A DNA stretch of 64,000 bases from Camelus ferus. Its lineage: Eukaryota. The notes under the pieces are model-generated. The model did not search any database and had not been told where the DNA came from. It saw only the letters and a program-made list of their open reading frames with translations. The stretch is taken from positions 3,658,001-3,722,000 of the forward strand of contig NC_045725.1 in NCBI RefSeq assembly GCF_009834535.1, in the 5' to 3' direction. This document shows positions 12,255 through 24,800 of the stretch, in pieces (positions within the stretch are counted from its first letter, which is position 1; every line of letters begins with the position of its first letter). Position numbers and translations under genes: made by a program.

Positions 12255-12468
12255 TTATATATATATATATATATATTATATATCTCTATATATATATATA
12301 TATGAGATAATACAAATACTATATAATATGTTTATATATTATATTTATATTATTTATATATGTATATATAAAATACAATAAATAAATGTATATATCTTAT
12401 ATTTCTTTATTTTTTATGTTATCAATAAATATAAAAGTTATAAACCTTTTCAATCTACTTATAATATA
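12255..12468. repeat. (TA)n / AT-rich low-complexity tract
   Basis: Direct inspection; the tract runs into the gap. Confidence 0.95.
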
Positions 12469-12598
12469 NNNNNNNNNNNNNNNNNNNNNNNNNNNNNNNN
12501 NNNNNNNNNNNNNNNNNNNNNNNNNNNNNNNNNNNNNNNNNNNNNNNNNNNNNNNNNNNNNNNNNNNNNNNNNNNNNNNNNNNNNNNNNNNNNNNNNN
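12469..12598. other. Assembly gap (130 N)
   Basis: Run of N. Confidence 1.
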
Positions 12599-12914
12599 TT
12601 TTCACTTTAATGTTTAATTTATCAGAAATGTTTGGAGCCTGCTTTATGAAGGAAGATGCGGCTTTGCTTCCCTGAATCATGAATACTTTCAACACTGTTG
12701 GATCACATCTCGTTTATGACATTTTTTATCTTCATTTAAACTTCTCGAGTTTAGTTTTTTTAAATCTATTTACCAAAAAAAAGGTTTCGACTGTGACGTT
12801 AAAGTTTGATTTACAGAGGACTTCAAATAATAGGAATAAGTATTTAATAATAATCCTTTTTCTTCCTGCTGTACTTGAGAATTATTTTACAAAGTTCCAA
12901 AAAGAATCCTGCTA

Positions 12915-13095
12915 GTATCTGGTACATTACATATCATTTTATTTACTCTCCAAAGCTCTCGGAAAAGTAGATTTTATAATTCCCCATTCATACTTGGAGA
13001 AATTTAAAGTCAGAAAAATAAAGAAACACGCTGGAGTTGCTAGTAAGTGTTAGCAGAGTGATCTGGGAGACTGAAATTTCTACACAGTCCTGTCT
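12915..13095 (-). mobile_element. MIR
   Basis: ttataattccccattcatacttggagaaatttaaagtcaga...gctagtaagtgttagcagag resembles antisense MIR. Confidence 0.65.
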
Positions 13096-15745
13096 GACAG
13101 AAGATCTCCTGTCCTCTAAATCCAACGATGTTCCAGGATTTTGACAATTCTATTCGGACGGAAATCCTCAAATTATTCCTCTGAAAGCATTTTTGTTAAG
13201 AATGAATGAAAAATGTGGCCAAGAGAGACAGGAAGTGATGAGAAGGTGTTCTGAGTTTGCCTTCTCTGTGTCCTGCCCACGTCCGCCCTCGCCCCAGGCT
13301 CCAGCACCGGAGCCGGTCACAGGTGTCCCCCACTCCACTCACACCCACCTCCTCCCAGCGCACACTGCGAGCTCTCCTTTCCACGTAAACACCCGGGGCC
13401 TCAGGTGGAGTTACTGTGAGTCAGCCGAGCTCCTGCTGGCTCCGGTATAATGCGGACCGATTGTTTACCAACTTTGAGAAAGCAAAGACTTTATGTACTT
13501 TCAAGAGTAACTGCCAAAATCACAGTAGCAGGTAAAACTGTGAGTTCATTTGTCACCAGAAACTGAAGTGGAGGTGTCTAGCTTAGGGACAGTGCTCTGT
13601 GTACCCCAAATATTATTTTCCTGTAAAAAAAAAAAAAACACCTCAATTACTCCTATAGTTTTACGGTTTAGAATAATTTGCAATTTAAAAAAAAAAACAG
13701 TTTTAGTTGGGTTAAAAGAAAATACAGCTAATGCCGGAATCGTGGCAGGAACTGAATTTCCTCCCCTTAAATTAGGTAACTCTGCATTAACAGCCCAGCC
13801 TTAACAAAGAGAACAGGAGTTAAATCTTTAACAGAAACGTCGCTCTCACATAAGAAGTTGATGGCTAGCGGTGAGATTTATTTCATTAGTATTTCTTCCA
13901 AGATTCCTAGCGCTGGATGCCTATAGCAACATGAGCAGAAAAGCACACCTATGTGGACTTTCTTCTACATGAAAGCTTTTGTTCTCAAAATTTTGAAAGA
14001 AAATCCCCGTCGCGCGAGAGTTTGATTTTGCTGCTTATTTTACAGATTGTGCTACCTTCCCTCCGTAAATTCCAGCATCTTCAACTCCAGTTCATCATTC
14101 TGCCAAATACAATTGTCACGTAAGCCTAAAGGATTTTTTTTTTCCTTTGAAGGAGGAACTATTTTACTCTCAAGTAACCAAATACACTTAAAGGATCTAA
14201 CGAAAATAAATGGTGCATTTTCTCTCAACCCTTAAAATGCTTTCAATTAAAACACATTTCCACAGAGAGAGGAAATTTGCCAATGCTGAGGTCCATGTGC
14301 TAATTGTATTCATTCTGAAATGTGAGCAATGTTAGGCGTGTGGCAGACTGTGAGACAATATCCATCTCTCCTGTGAAACATACATTCCTGTGAGGTACAG
14401 AGGAAGTATTCGGGGTTTCAGCCAGAATAACGTGTATTCCATTTCCAGGGGATTTTTCTCATCAGAGTTTTGGGCAGATCCTGAAAATGAGTGTTTGCAC
14501 CCTCCCCCGGTGTCTGTGAACTGTCCGTGGGCCAGTTCTGGGGAGCGGGCTCACCCCCGTCCCACGCCTGTGGTGAGGGCACACCTCCAGGTCACCGGCG
14601 CACGAGGTGGGATCTCCCAGCGCAGGCAACTAGCCCCCCACTTGCCTGCCGGGACAGCCAAAGCTGATTTCTGACACGGATGGGGCTTGTGCTACCAAAC
14701 AAATCCATTGCTTTTCCGGGAAATTTTTTTTTAAATCTCAGAGTTCATTCCCAAGCGATACATTCTGGCATGAATCGTCTTCTTTTTAAATGAATATTCT
14801 GGGAAAATGAGACTGTGGCCCTGTTTCCAAGGAGGGTTCAGGATTTGCTTCATGGTTCAGCACATCTCAGAATGAATGTCCCTCATGTTACTCACCAGTC
14901 ACCAGGTCATTATGGTCCTGGAAGGGAGGACGGGGTGGACACAGAGCAGCCCTCTGGGCTGTGAGGGAAGGGACCACATGCAGCCTGTTGCCCACTAAGG
15001 GAGCCCTGGTTTTATCCTGAATGTGTTGGCACAGCCTCGGGGGAGCTCTGCCCTCTCTAGTCCTGGCACCTGGATGAACCATGCTTGCCCTGGGACTGCC
15101 AAAACCAGACCTGAGCCCACATCCATCTCTGGGTGATTCTGAGAAAGGAATGCACCTAAGGCCGTGTGCGTGAGTGACTCACCTTTAACCCGGGCAGGAA
15201 GGTCTGCAGGCAAAGAAAGGATGGTGTCCCTACAGCTCCTCTCTCTAAGCTGTCTAATAGAAAAGAACCGTTAGGTGCCAAGTTCCTGGAACTCAATTCT
15301 GATTGTGTCCACATCTACAAGGTGATGGTGACCCCCTGTCTTAAGAAATCGGACCAATTCAGAATGACAGTGGCAGTCACGGTGACTTTGTGGTCAACCT
15401 GTCTGCGGAGTCCACAGACCCACACATGTGGGCACAGCTCTGGTCGTAGGTTGGACTGAAAGCAGCAGAGATCTGCCACCGGATGTGACCTTAGGGATCC
15501 AGTGTTCCTACCCTATTACGGCCACAATCATGAGCACACAGTGTCGGCCCTGATAAAGAGGTTATTCTCCGCTGGGAGAAGTTATACTCAGATCTCTTTC
15601 TGGATCACCGAGCCTTGTTTCTTTCCAGGTGCCCTAAAACACATATTGTGTTCTTCATCCTGAACCCTCTTTGAAATTCAAACTCTAGTATGTAAACCGC
15701 CAGCAAGTGCTGTGGGCTTTACAGACTGGAACACCTTTCAGAGCC

Positions 15746-15846
15746 GGGGGAGCAGCTCAGCGGTGGAGGGCGTACTCAGCGTGTGTGAGGCCCTGGGTTC
15801 AATCCCTGGTGCCCCCATTAACAACCACCGAAAAATAATAAACTAA
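15746..15846 (+). mobile_element. Camelid tRNA-derived SINE (vic-1-type), diverged
   Basis: A-box-like cagctcagcggtggagggc, B-box gggttcaatccc, and an A-rich tail. No clean TSD. Confidence 0.85.
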
Positions 15847-16384
15847 AACCTCTTTTAAATCTGTTCACGTGCTCATCGCCCCCCGACCTCCATCCTCCCC
15901 ATCTTCCTCAGGAATGCGACTAGTGAATTTTTGCTGGGTACCTGGAGATTGCATTTCCCAACCTGCCTTGCAGGCAGCGTGGTCCACTGCATGTAAACAG
16001 AGAGAGTCTGGGTTCCGGGGCTCCTGGCCCTGTGGATGACAACACTGTGCCTAACCTGACTGTCCTCACCAGGCTGTCACTTCTGCCACCACCCAGGAAA
16101 TGCCCTACAGACAATTTCTACAGACAATTGAGCAAATCAGCCCTGAATCCTCTCCACAGCCTGCCGCCCGTCCCTTCAAATGTCTGTCTGCACCTCTGTC
16201 CTCTCAGAGGGGAGCCACGCTTTCTCCTGCTCAGGGCAACCCTCCACTGTGTTCCTGGTTCGATGTCCTTTTTCTCCATCTTGGATGTTGGGCCACGAGG
16301 TACTTAAATCCTAGGCTCTTAATTTCTTCCCTCCTGACTTCCTGTTTTCTTAAAGCCTTTAAACCCGAGGTCATGTAGCCGTTC

Positions 16385-16536
16385 TTTTTTTTTAAACATC
16401 TTTTTTGTGGTATGGTTCCCTTACAGTAATCTATACATACTTAAAATGTGCAATTTGATGAATTTTGATAAATGTATACACTCATGAATCCACCACCACA
16501 ATCAAGACAGCTCACATTTCCATGACTCCCCAAGAG
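16385..16536 (-). mobile_element. L1MB-type 3' end
   Basis: T-tract followed by aaatgtgcaatttgatgaattttgataaatgtatacactcatg...caccaccacaatcaaga. Confidence 0.8.
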
Positions 16537-16956
16537 GTACAATTTTCAAATTTTCAATGTATCCCCTCCCACTCCGTTGACTCCCTGGTAACCATGTTTG
16601 TTCTCTATGTCTGTGAGTCTATTTTTGTTTTGTAGATAAGTTCATTTGTGTCCTTTTTTTCCCCAGACTCCACATATAAGTGATAACATATCATTTTTCT
16701 TTCTCTTTCTGACTTACTTCACTTAGAATGATGATCTCCAGTTCCTCCCATGTGGCTGCAAATGGCCTTATTTTATTCTTTTTTATGGCTGAGTAGTATT
16801 CCATTCAGGTATATACACCACATCTTCTTTATCCAGTCATCTGTCGACAGACATTTAGGTAGTTTCCATGTCTTGGCTATTGTGAACAGTGCTGCTGTGA
16901 ACATTGAGGGGTGCAGGTGTCTATTTGAATTATAGTTTTCTCTGGATGTGTGCCCA
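16537..16956 (-). mobile_element. Younger camelid/cetartiodactyl L1 3' fragment, lacking its extreme 3' end and polyA
   Basis: tttttatggctgagtagtattcc...ccagtcatctgtcgacagacatttagg...tctggatgtgtgccca is close to the recalled camelid L1 3' UTR. Confidence 0.9.
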
Positions 16957-17129
16957 AAACCCTCCCTCTTCCTCATCATCTCAGCTCCAGCTCCTTCTCA
17001 GCCCCTCCCTTCACAGAGCCAAGCGACTTGGAAATCACTCATTCTCCATCAACCATTCATTGTTATTTCTTTTTGAAAATAATACCATGTATTGTTTTGC
17101 TTTCTCTAAATGCAAAACTAATACACATT

Positions 17130-17960
17130 CATGAGAGAACATTTGGAAAATATAACTGAGCACACAGAAGGAAATAAAAATCACATGTAATTCCTACAAC
17201 TTGGAGATAACTAGTCCTTGTGATTCACAAGTGCATTTTTTCCCATGTGTGCACTTTTAAAAAATAAAACCAGGATCAATCACACTTTTCTAGTCTCTTG
17301 TTTTTACTTAATGTTAAATCATGAGCCTCTTCCCACGTCAAAAACGTGATTTTGTAAGTGGCTTCTTGGTATCCCATTTTACGTACATGCCAGGATGCGC
17401 TTGGCCGTGTTCTCGCTGGGGCTCCGTCCTGGTGTTTAGATTTTTGTCGCTCTACGTAATGTGAGCTCCTTGGACCACCAGCTCTCACGGCCGTTCTGTA
17501 CTTACACGGGGTCATCGCTGATCTAAAACATGGCACCAAATGACACGCACACATTTGGAGGCTCTTGAAGCCTTTTGCTGAATTGTTTTCAGAAGGCAGT
17601 TTAATCAACATGAACCACAAAGGGCCGCGTGCGAGCGTGTCCGCGTCACCAGAGTCTTGCTAAATCACAGCCGATCCACTCAGCGAAAACGTTTGCATTT
17701 TTATTTGAGGCCAAATACGTTATTGCACTTGCATCTGCCATTGGTGCGTCTCCCTTTATTAAAACAGTCTGCCCTTTTGTGTCCTCCCACTTCTCCTCTA
17801 CACTGTTCATATTTTCCTTATTTGCTAGTTAAAAGTAAAACTGCTCTGTGAATATAAATTCTCTAGTTCGCTAGGAATACCTTCGCCGGTTTCTCATTTG
17901 TTTTTCCATTTCTTGTTTATGGAAGTGATTTTTAAAAATGTGGATGGAATCAAACCACCC
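17130..17960 (-). mobile_element. Very old L1ME-type 3' region, GC-shifted
   Basis: Collinear with the antisense L1ME 3' end, e.g. ttgctgaattgttttcagaagg...tcaccagagtcttgc. Confidence 0.55.
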
Positions 17961-18149
17961 ACATTACTCTCCTTCTTCTGGCCTTGCCCTTCCCACCGCT
18001 GTTGTTTTCCTCCCTGCACGACTGTAAGAAGCCAACAGCAGCCAGCAACCCCAGCTGCCCCCTGAAAACGCACCTTCGCAGCTCCCTGCTGCTGTCCGGC
18101 TGGAGAGCAGTGCGCTCTTGGGTCTCCTCCTGGGTCGCAGGGTGTATTT

Positions 18150-18312
18150 TTAAAAGTTTATCCATTTGTTTTTAATAGATAATTTTTAGAGAAATTTTAG
18201 GTCCTTGGTAAATTTAAGGGACAGGTACAGAGATTTCCCATATACCCCTGCCCACCCCCCTACCACGGCCTCCCCATTATCAATGCCCCCATCAGAGTGG
18301 AACATTGCTACA
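18150..18312 (-). mobile_element. L1MA/L1MB-type 3' tip
   Basis: ttttagagaaattttagg...ggtacagagatttcccatatacccctgcccac...cagagtggaacattg. Confidence 0.85.
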
Positions 18313-18344
18313 GTCGAGTCATTATCCGACTTCTTTCTCTGCTT

Positions 18345-18760
18345 CCTCTTTCTCTGCGCCTGCCTCTCACGTTGGTGTCCCCAGGGGCCAGCCCTGGCCC
18401 CCCCCTCCCCATCCGCCACGTCTGCGAGGGCGCACGCCCACTCCCAGGGGTGACGCACTGTTGCTCCAGCACCACATCGTCTGCCCAACCCCTTCGTGGC
18501 CTCCAGACCTGCACTTCCAGCTGCTCACGATGTCTCCTCAGAAACATGTCTCACAGTCATCTTGACACACCCTCTTTCCCTTCCTGTATTCCCTTCTTTG
18601 GTGCAAACCACTGTCCTCAAGCTGCTCCCTGATCTGGAAACTCGCCAGCCTTCCTAAGCATGACGCCCTCCTTCACATCCCACACGGAATCACTGAGCAC
18701 GTCCTGATGGCTCTCCCATCCTGTAATTTCTCAGACCCACACGCTGCTATAACACAGGAC
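18345..18760 (+). mobile_element. L2 ORF2 (RT) fragment
   Basis: gttggtgtccccagggg...cccactcccagggg...ctccagacctgcacttccagctgc is collinear with the recalled L2 consensus. Confidence 0.65.
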
Positions 18761-18869
18761 TGTTTTCACCTTAACTTTGCAATAAACAGACCAATTCACA
18801 GTTAGGAGTTCAGGGTAGCTGGTGAACACACACGTCACTCGTAGAACAGAAGTGATCTGAGTACTTGTG

Positions 18870-18968
18870 TGGCTGCTTTGAGGACGAGATAAGATAAAAG
18901 AGGTAAAGTGCTTAGCGTGGTCCCCGGAGAGAGGAGGCGTCCGGCAGGTGTCAGCTACTGTAACTATT
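18870..18968 (+). mobile_element. MIR/L2 3' tail
   Basis: gagataagataaaagaggtaaagtgcttagcgtggtccc...gtgtcagctactgtaactatta. Confidence 0.55.
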
Positions 18969-19185
18969 AATCACACAGCTTCCAGAGTCCATATCCACAA
19001 GGCCAGATGCAACACTGCTGCCATAATTCTCTTTCTAAAATGCAAACCCGACCACTGTCTCCCTGGATATGCCAGTGGTGAAGGCTAAACACCTTAACAT
19101 GACACAAGGCTGTCCATGAGGAGCCCTGCTCACACCTCCACCTCCATGTCTCACGATGCCCACCCCATGTTTCAGCCTTGCTGAA

Positions 19186-19580
19186 TGTAATTGTCAACTG
19201 TTGCCTCAATAATGCCACGTAACAACCATCCTCCTGTACCTCTGATTTCGCTCCAGTGGGTTGAGACAGGCTTAGCTGGTGTGTGGGCTTCAGGCTGGAG
19301 TTTGGGTTTAAATCCACTCCATTTGTGTGTGTTCTGGGGCCCAGGCACCGTGTGATGCCTGCTCCTTTCTTGGCTGATATGGCAGACGAGAGCCAAGCCA
19401 AGCTGAGCCCACCAAAGGCCCCTCCTCACTTCATGTCTATCAACATTTACTGCCAGAGCAAGTCTCAGGGCTAAACCTTCAGCGCCAAACCCAGCATCCG
19501 TGAAGTGGGGAGGTACGCTGTGCCCACAGTGGGAGGGAAGAGGAGGGCGCGGTCGCCAAGCAATAATCCAGCCTAGGGCA
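19186..19580 (-). mobile_element. MLT1J/K/L-type MaLR solo LTR
   Basis: Begins tgtaattgtcaactgttgcctcaataatgccacgtaacaacc and ends caataatccagcctagggca (TG...CA). The internal ctgccagagcaagtctcagggc resembles MLT1K. Confidence 0.75.
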
Positions 19581-22500
19581 CCGGGCGGCTGGCCTCCCCC
19601 TGCCCCCGTGCGGCTTCACACCCCTCGCCAAACGGCTCCTTCGTGAGGTGGCCTCGACGCCCCCCCCCCCAGCCCACGTTCTTCCACTGAACGCACGCGG
19701 GTCCGCCTTGCGAGGCTTGGCCGGGCTGTCACCTCCTGGACAGAGCCCCAGAGCCACGCCCCAGAGCCATCCAAACCTTTCAGGAAGGACTCGGTGTCTA
19801 GTCTATTTTGTGTCTAGGACATGTCCTGTCTGAGACCCACCCTTTAACAAAGCCTCTTCAGGACACAAGGGCTGTGAGTCTACGTCACCTCTCTGTTACT
19901 CTTCGTTCCTCTTAATCGGCCCCTTGTTTAGGAAGCATAAAGTCTGGAGACACTTCCGTGTTCGTTTAGATTCTGATTCCATTGTCTTGCTGGAGTCTGG
20001 GAGGCAGGACCCACGGCTAGGGGATGACTTCTACGGGGGGACAGACTGCACTACCCACAAGCCCCACGTCCCTGCAGCCACCTGCCCCGTGGACCTGGCT
20101 CGGTCCCCCGGATGCTGGCCTCGCCTTCACCTCTGCTTTGCAGTTTCGTTGTCCACGTTGGCCCCCTCTCCCCCCGCTGTGGCGCACTTAGCAATTGCTG
20201 CCGTGGCAGAAAGGTGAATTTCCAAAGTCGATCTAATAAACCCCTGTCATCCAGCCAGTGTATTGTTGGCTCTCGCCAAGTAATCCCTTTTCTCTCATAA
20301 AAGAGTCTGAGAATGAAGAACCCCGGCAGGTGTTGCAAACCAGCTATGCTTTTGGATGCTGAGAATACAAGCCAGGTGTTCTCAGATAACATCTGGTCAC
20401 GTCCAGTTGCTTAAAGGGGGACCCTGGACTGCACCGGCCAGGCCAAAGTGGACACCAGAAGCAATTTTATAATTAACAGTTGCAAACTGGGTACAAAGGA
20501 CACATCTTATTCACGCTCACGGGACCACAGGTAACCTGAACCTTGCAGCGGGCCTCGGCCGGGTGGGTGGAGCGCTCAGTCCTGCCTGCCCGTGGGGCTG
20601 TGTGCACCTGAGCGCGCTCTGTCAGGCTACAGTTAACCTCCCAGCCCTTCCCACGAGCCCCCGGGCCTGCACTCATCTCCCCCGACGCAACGCGTGGGAG
20701 GCTCAGCAAACCCCGCAGAGGGCAGCGGCTGGTCCCCTGCCACATGCTGTCCCATGGAAACTCCTGTGGGTCTAGACTTACAGCATTCTCAGGAGGAATA
20801 TTTTGAAGCCAAAATAAATAAAAAAGAAAAAGTGGGAAAGAGTCAAACAGGCAATTATTTGTAATAGAAAAAACTATTGATTTTCCTTTTTTGATACATC
20901 GTCTAAATTATCCCTCAAGAAAAGTAGCAATGCATCTTTAAACAGATTTATTGGTTCTGGGAGGGAAAAAATGTGTTATTTAACTTCAGTGCTATTGGAT
21001 TTTTCTTTTATGTTAGTTATAGAAATAGCACAGATGAACAGAAACAGGATAGGGAAATTCCTTCAAGGATCACAGTTGGTCCCAAGGCAAGATGCCCTAG
21101 TATTTCTCTCCAAGTAGCAAGAGTTCATCAACAAAACATCATTTTTCTTGCTAAATAAGTGATATCACACATTAACAGTTTTCACAAAATGCGAAGTTCC
21201 CGGGAGCGAAATAAGCAAACCCTACTGGACCCCCGGTGTCACCCCGAGGCTCAGGCCCTTTGCTGTAAAGGACCGTTGCCCCCGGCAGAACCCTGGGCCA
21301 TCTCTGACCCTGGAGCTGTGATCCCCCTTCTCTGAGCTGCCTTTCTCCACACGTCTTTCCAGCCTGCTCCTGTCTGTCACTCACTGGCCCCCGAGACCAG
21401 AATGCACAACAGTCTGACTTGCGGGAAGCCCCCCATCCTGTTGTGGAAATGAACATGAGGTTGACGGGCAGAGCGCTGCGTGCCTTTCCAAGCCCTGACC
21501 CCTCTGGGGTCCCAGGGACTGCGGACCTGCTCCCAGATCCCGCCATGCGCCTGCCATGTGACCTTCAAGGTCCCCTCACCAGGTGTCCTCATCTATCATT
21601 CAGAGGCAATCCCAGGTGACCTTGCTGAATTGTCACAAAGAAAAACTACTCAGAATGATTGGAAAGCATTTTTCAAACATAAAGTGCTCCCAAAGCGGTG
21701 AATACATATTTCAGACCACAGCGCCAAGCTGAGCCCCTCAGCGTGTTTGTTCTTTAGAGTCAGCAGTTTAAGAGTTTGATGGTTTGGGTTTTTAGGTTTT
21801 GATAACGAGGCCCTTTCCAGTAACTAGCGGGGGGGGGGGGGGAGGATAGTCGCCAGGACCGGAGATAGAATAATGCACAGAATCCAGGGGTCGGGGGCAC
21901 CAGGTCCTGATCACACCCGGGGAAGCCCCAAGACCATCCTCTCTCCCTTTCCTCCTGGGCTGCGGTCCCCGTGCCCGCAGCTTTCTGAATATGTTCATTC
22001 CTGTTCCTGCAGGAGATGGAGATTCGGGCGTGGAAACGGAATGCTCGTGTGTTCGCACGACTGCACACGGCAGTCCTTCCCCCCGCCTGGGATGACTGGG
22101 GTGTTCTGGCTCTTCACGCTTTGAGTGACGCACCCAGGCTTCGAGGCTGCTCCCCACCCACACTTGGGAACTGGGGGTAATAATTACTCAGCCCAGGAAG
22201 TTGGGGCTCAGAGCTGCATTCTGCTTCAGAGCCTGTGGGCTAGAACACCTCCTTGTCTGTCACGCAGCGAGATGAACGTGAGTGTTGCCCTGGTTGCCAA
22301 CAACTCACAGGCACTCTGGGTGTTGGCTTTGGCCGCCAGCTACTGTGACCTAGTGCCCTGCATCTGCCTCGTTTCCCGGAGGTGCACGTACCTGTGTATC
22401 AGCCCTTCTACCAAGAAAACTCAACAGTCATCTACCTGGGGACCAGCGGTGCGTCGTATTCTGTATACCAGCATGCATTTGGGGAGATGGCCCCTTGGCA

Positions 22501-24149
22501 AGGAGCTTTAATCACCTTCCTCCCTTCTCTCCGTGGGACTGTCAGTTTGCAGTCAAGTGGGGAGAGCCGGGGCAGAGCTTGGGAAAGCTGGCTTACACGT
22601 GGGAGAGGCTTATCCACAAAGACCCGCGGCAGGCTTTGGTGAGATCCGGCGAGCAATGCCTGCATTCAGTGAGGCCGCTGGGCTCCTGACCGCACCTCCC
22701 GGGATGGAGCGAGCACAGAGAAATCTGGATCCTCCCGTGTGACAAGTGATGTGAATACGGACCCTTCTTTAAAACTCCAGCTAATTCAGGTAGCAGGATG
22801 AGGTGTGCGTGTCATAATTAATCCCTCATGTATTGCAAGCGATTTAATGTCAAAATAATCAACAGTCGCTTTTTTTCACCCTTTTGTGAGTACAGAATAA
22901 ATACTGTCATTTAGCCGCGGCAAACATCAGATTTCTTTCCTGGTCTTTGAATAACACTCTTCGTGAGGTAAATACCAGAACTCCCCTCCAACTCTCCCTC
23001 CCCAAACCCTGCAAACCACATACACATACGCTCCTTTGGAAGATAAATCACGGGTGTCAAAAGAAAAGCAGTGTGTTTAGTTTCTAGTTGGTACCTTGCA
23101 TGCCGATTATTCTAATTTAGGGTCCAAACACTAGAGAGGCAAACACGACAAGGGTGAGGGAATGGGGCGGAGCAGGGAGCTCCTCTCACTATTTGACCTT
23201 TGTTTCCTAGTGGATCACCGACAGTGAGCTGGAAGTTATTATTATTTTTTTTTATTATTTTTTTTCGCAAGGCAAAGCCACCACTACGAAATGGCCAATG
23301 CACTCTTTCAGTCAAACAGAGTTCACTTTTTCAACAAACAGGAGTCAGAGAAACGGCCAAGTGCTGCCTTCTCTTCCAGGGTCAGGACGTGGAGAGCCTG
23401 GGTCCACGGCATCGCCCGTGCACCAGGTCATACGCCTCGGGGTCCATGCATCCCCCACTCCCAGGGCACCCATGTTCCTTTGGCTTTGGGTAGAAACTCT
23501 CCTGTTAAACTAATACTGTGCCCAGAAAGAGGGCCCAGGGGAAAGAGGGGAGCAGATAGTTAACCTCCAGCTGCTCTAGGTCAGAAGGGATGGGACTAAG
23601 ATGCAGACTTTGAGGTGACATTTCACGACACATGAGAAGACCAAAGCATTACTGTTTTACTTTAACAGATCTCGTGGGAAAGTGATTTTTAAATTTTAAA
23701 ATGGAAAACAGGGTCCCCAGAAGAGCCCCTTCTTAGAGATGAGTTCGTAATTATCACGGACCTGAGTTTCCCGTGAAATCACACTGTGTCACCCTTTGGT
23801 ATCTGTTCAGCCATTGTCACAGACGAATGGGGCCCCTCCTCCCAGTACCGACGCATGTTCTGCAGACATGCAAGGAGCTTCTGACTGCTTACGTTTCACA
23901 GGTTTCACAGTCTTCTTTCGACGATTACTGGTTTTATTTAACTCACACGGGAGCATCTTCTTTGCCAAAAGCTCTGGCTAGAGGCTCCTGTTACGTTACA
24001 ATAAATACAAGTCAAGCCTTCACACGACCCACACGCACACACATTACCAGTAATTACAGCAAAAAGCCAGGCCCTTCTGGAGGCCAGCTCCTGAGGGACG
24101 AGGGCTGCCCCGCTCTCTCCCTGGACCCGCAGCTCCTGGCACAACACCC

Positions 24150-24800
24150 TGCACACTGCGGGTGTTCCGTCGCCGCTGGCTGACCACGTTCCCCTCGCCC
24201 GGGAGGGAGGATCCGGGCGTCTGCCACCTACAGGGCCCGGGGGAGGGTCCCGGGGCTTCCCAGAGAGCTGCACACTAGCATCTCTCTCCCAGATCACGGC
24301 TCTCAGGGCGTCAGCGAGGAGCGGAAAGCCAGCGGAAGCCCTGGAGTGGCAGCCCGCTGGTCCTTCCCTGTCACGAATCTTCTTTCGCGTTGCCTCACTA
24401 GATTAGACAGCCAGCTACCCAGCTAGGTCCCAGGCGGGTGGCAGAGCCAGCAGAGACGGAAGGCACTGCCGTCGGGGGTGAGGCGGGGACGGTGGTCCCC
24501 AAAGAGCAAAGGAGACCCAGGGAGCCCGGGACCGCGGGCACTGCGGGGAGATGCCGTCCGGGAGGCGGGCTGGCCCACCGGCAGGAGGGCCGTGAAGGCC
24601 CGTCTTGCGGGCTGAGCCTCCCGGCCACGCGTCTGCACCGCCGGGAAGGGCAGCTGTGCCCACTCGGCCCTCTGGCCCCCATCCAGCGGCCTCAGGGGTC
24701 AGGGCGGGGAGGGGGCGGCCGGAACGCGGCGCAAGGAGGTTTGCAGGGGCAGCGCTGCGAGCCGCCGAGTCGATCTCCCCCATAGACTTTTCTTTTAAAA
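24150..24800. promoter_or_regulatory. CpG-rich patch with two canonical G4 motifs
   Basis: Dense CpG; G4 patterns at 24233-24255 and 24695-24715. Confidence 0.55.

Larger units (their letters stand above)
12040..12750 (-). mobile_element. Old L1 ORF2 fragment spanning an AT-rich tract and an assembly gap
   Basis: T-rich antisense L1-like sequence on both sides of the gap (catctagtttgagttatgatttttgatgta; ttaatttatcagaaatgtttggagcctgctttatgaagg). Confidence 0.45.

Noticed and set aside
15746-15846. tRNA-like A/B boxes here and at 50522
   Set aside because: No complete cloverleaf, and both have SINE tails. They are SINEs, not tRNA genes.
19816-19827. aggacatgtcct palindrome containing a perfect p53 half-site
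   Set aside because: There is no adjacent second half-site, and single decamers are common.
23673-23680. RBPJ site CGTGGGAA
   Set aside because: A single 8-mer with no paired site; expected by chance in a window of this size.
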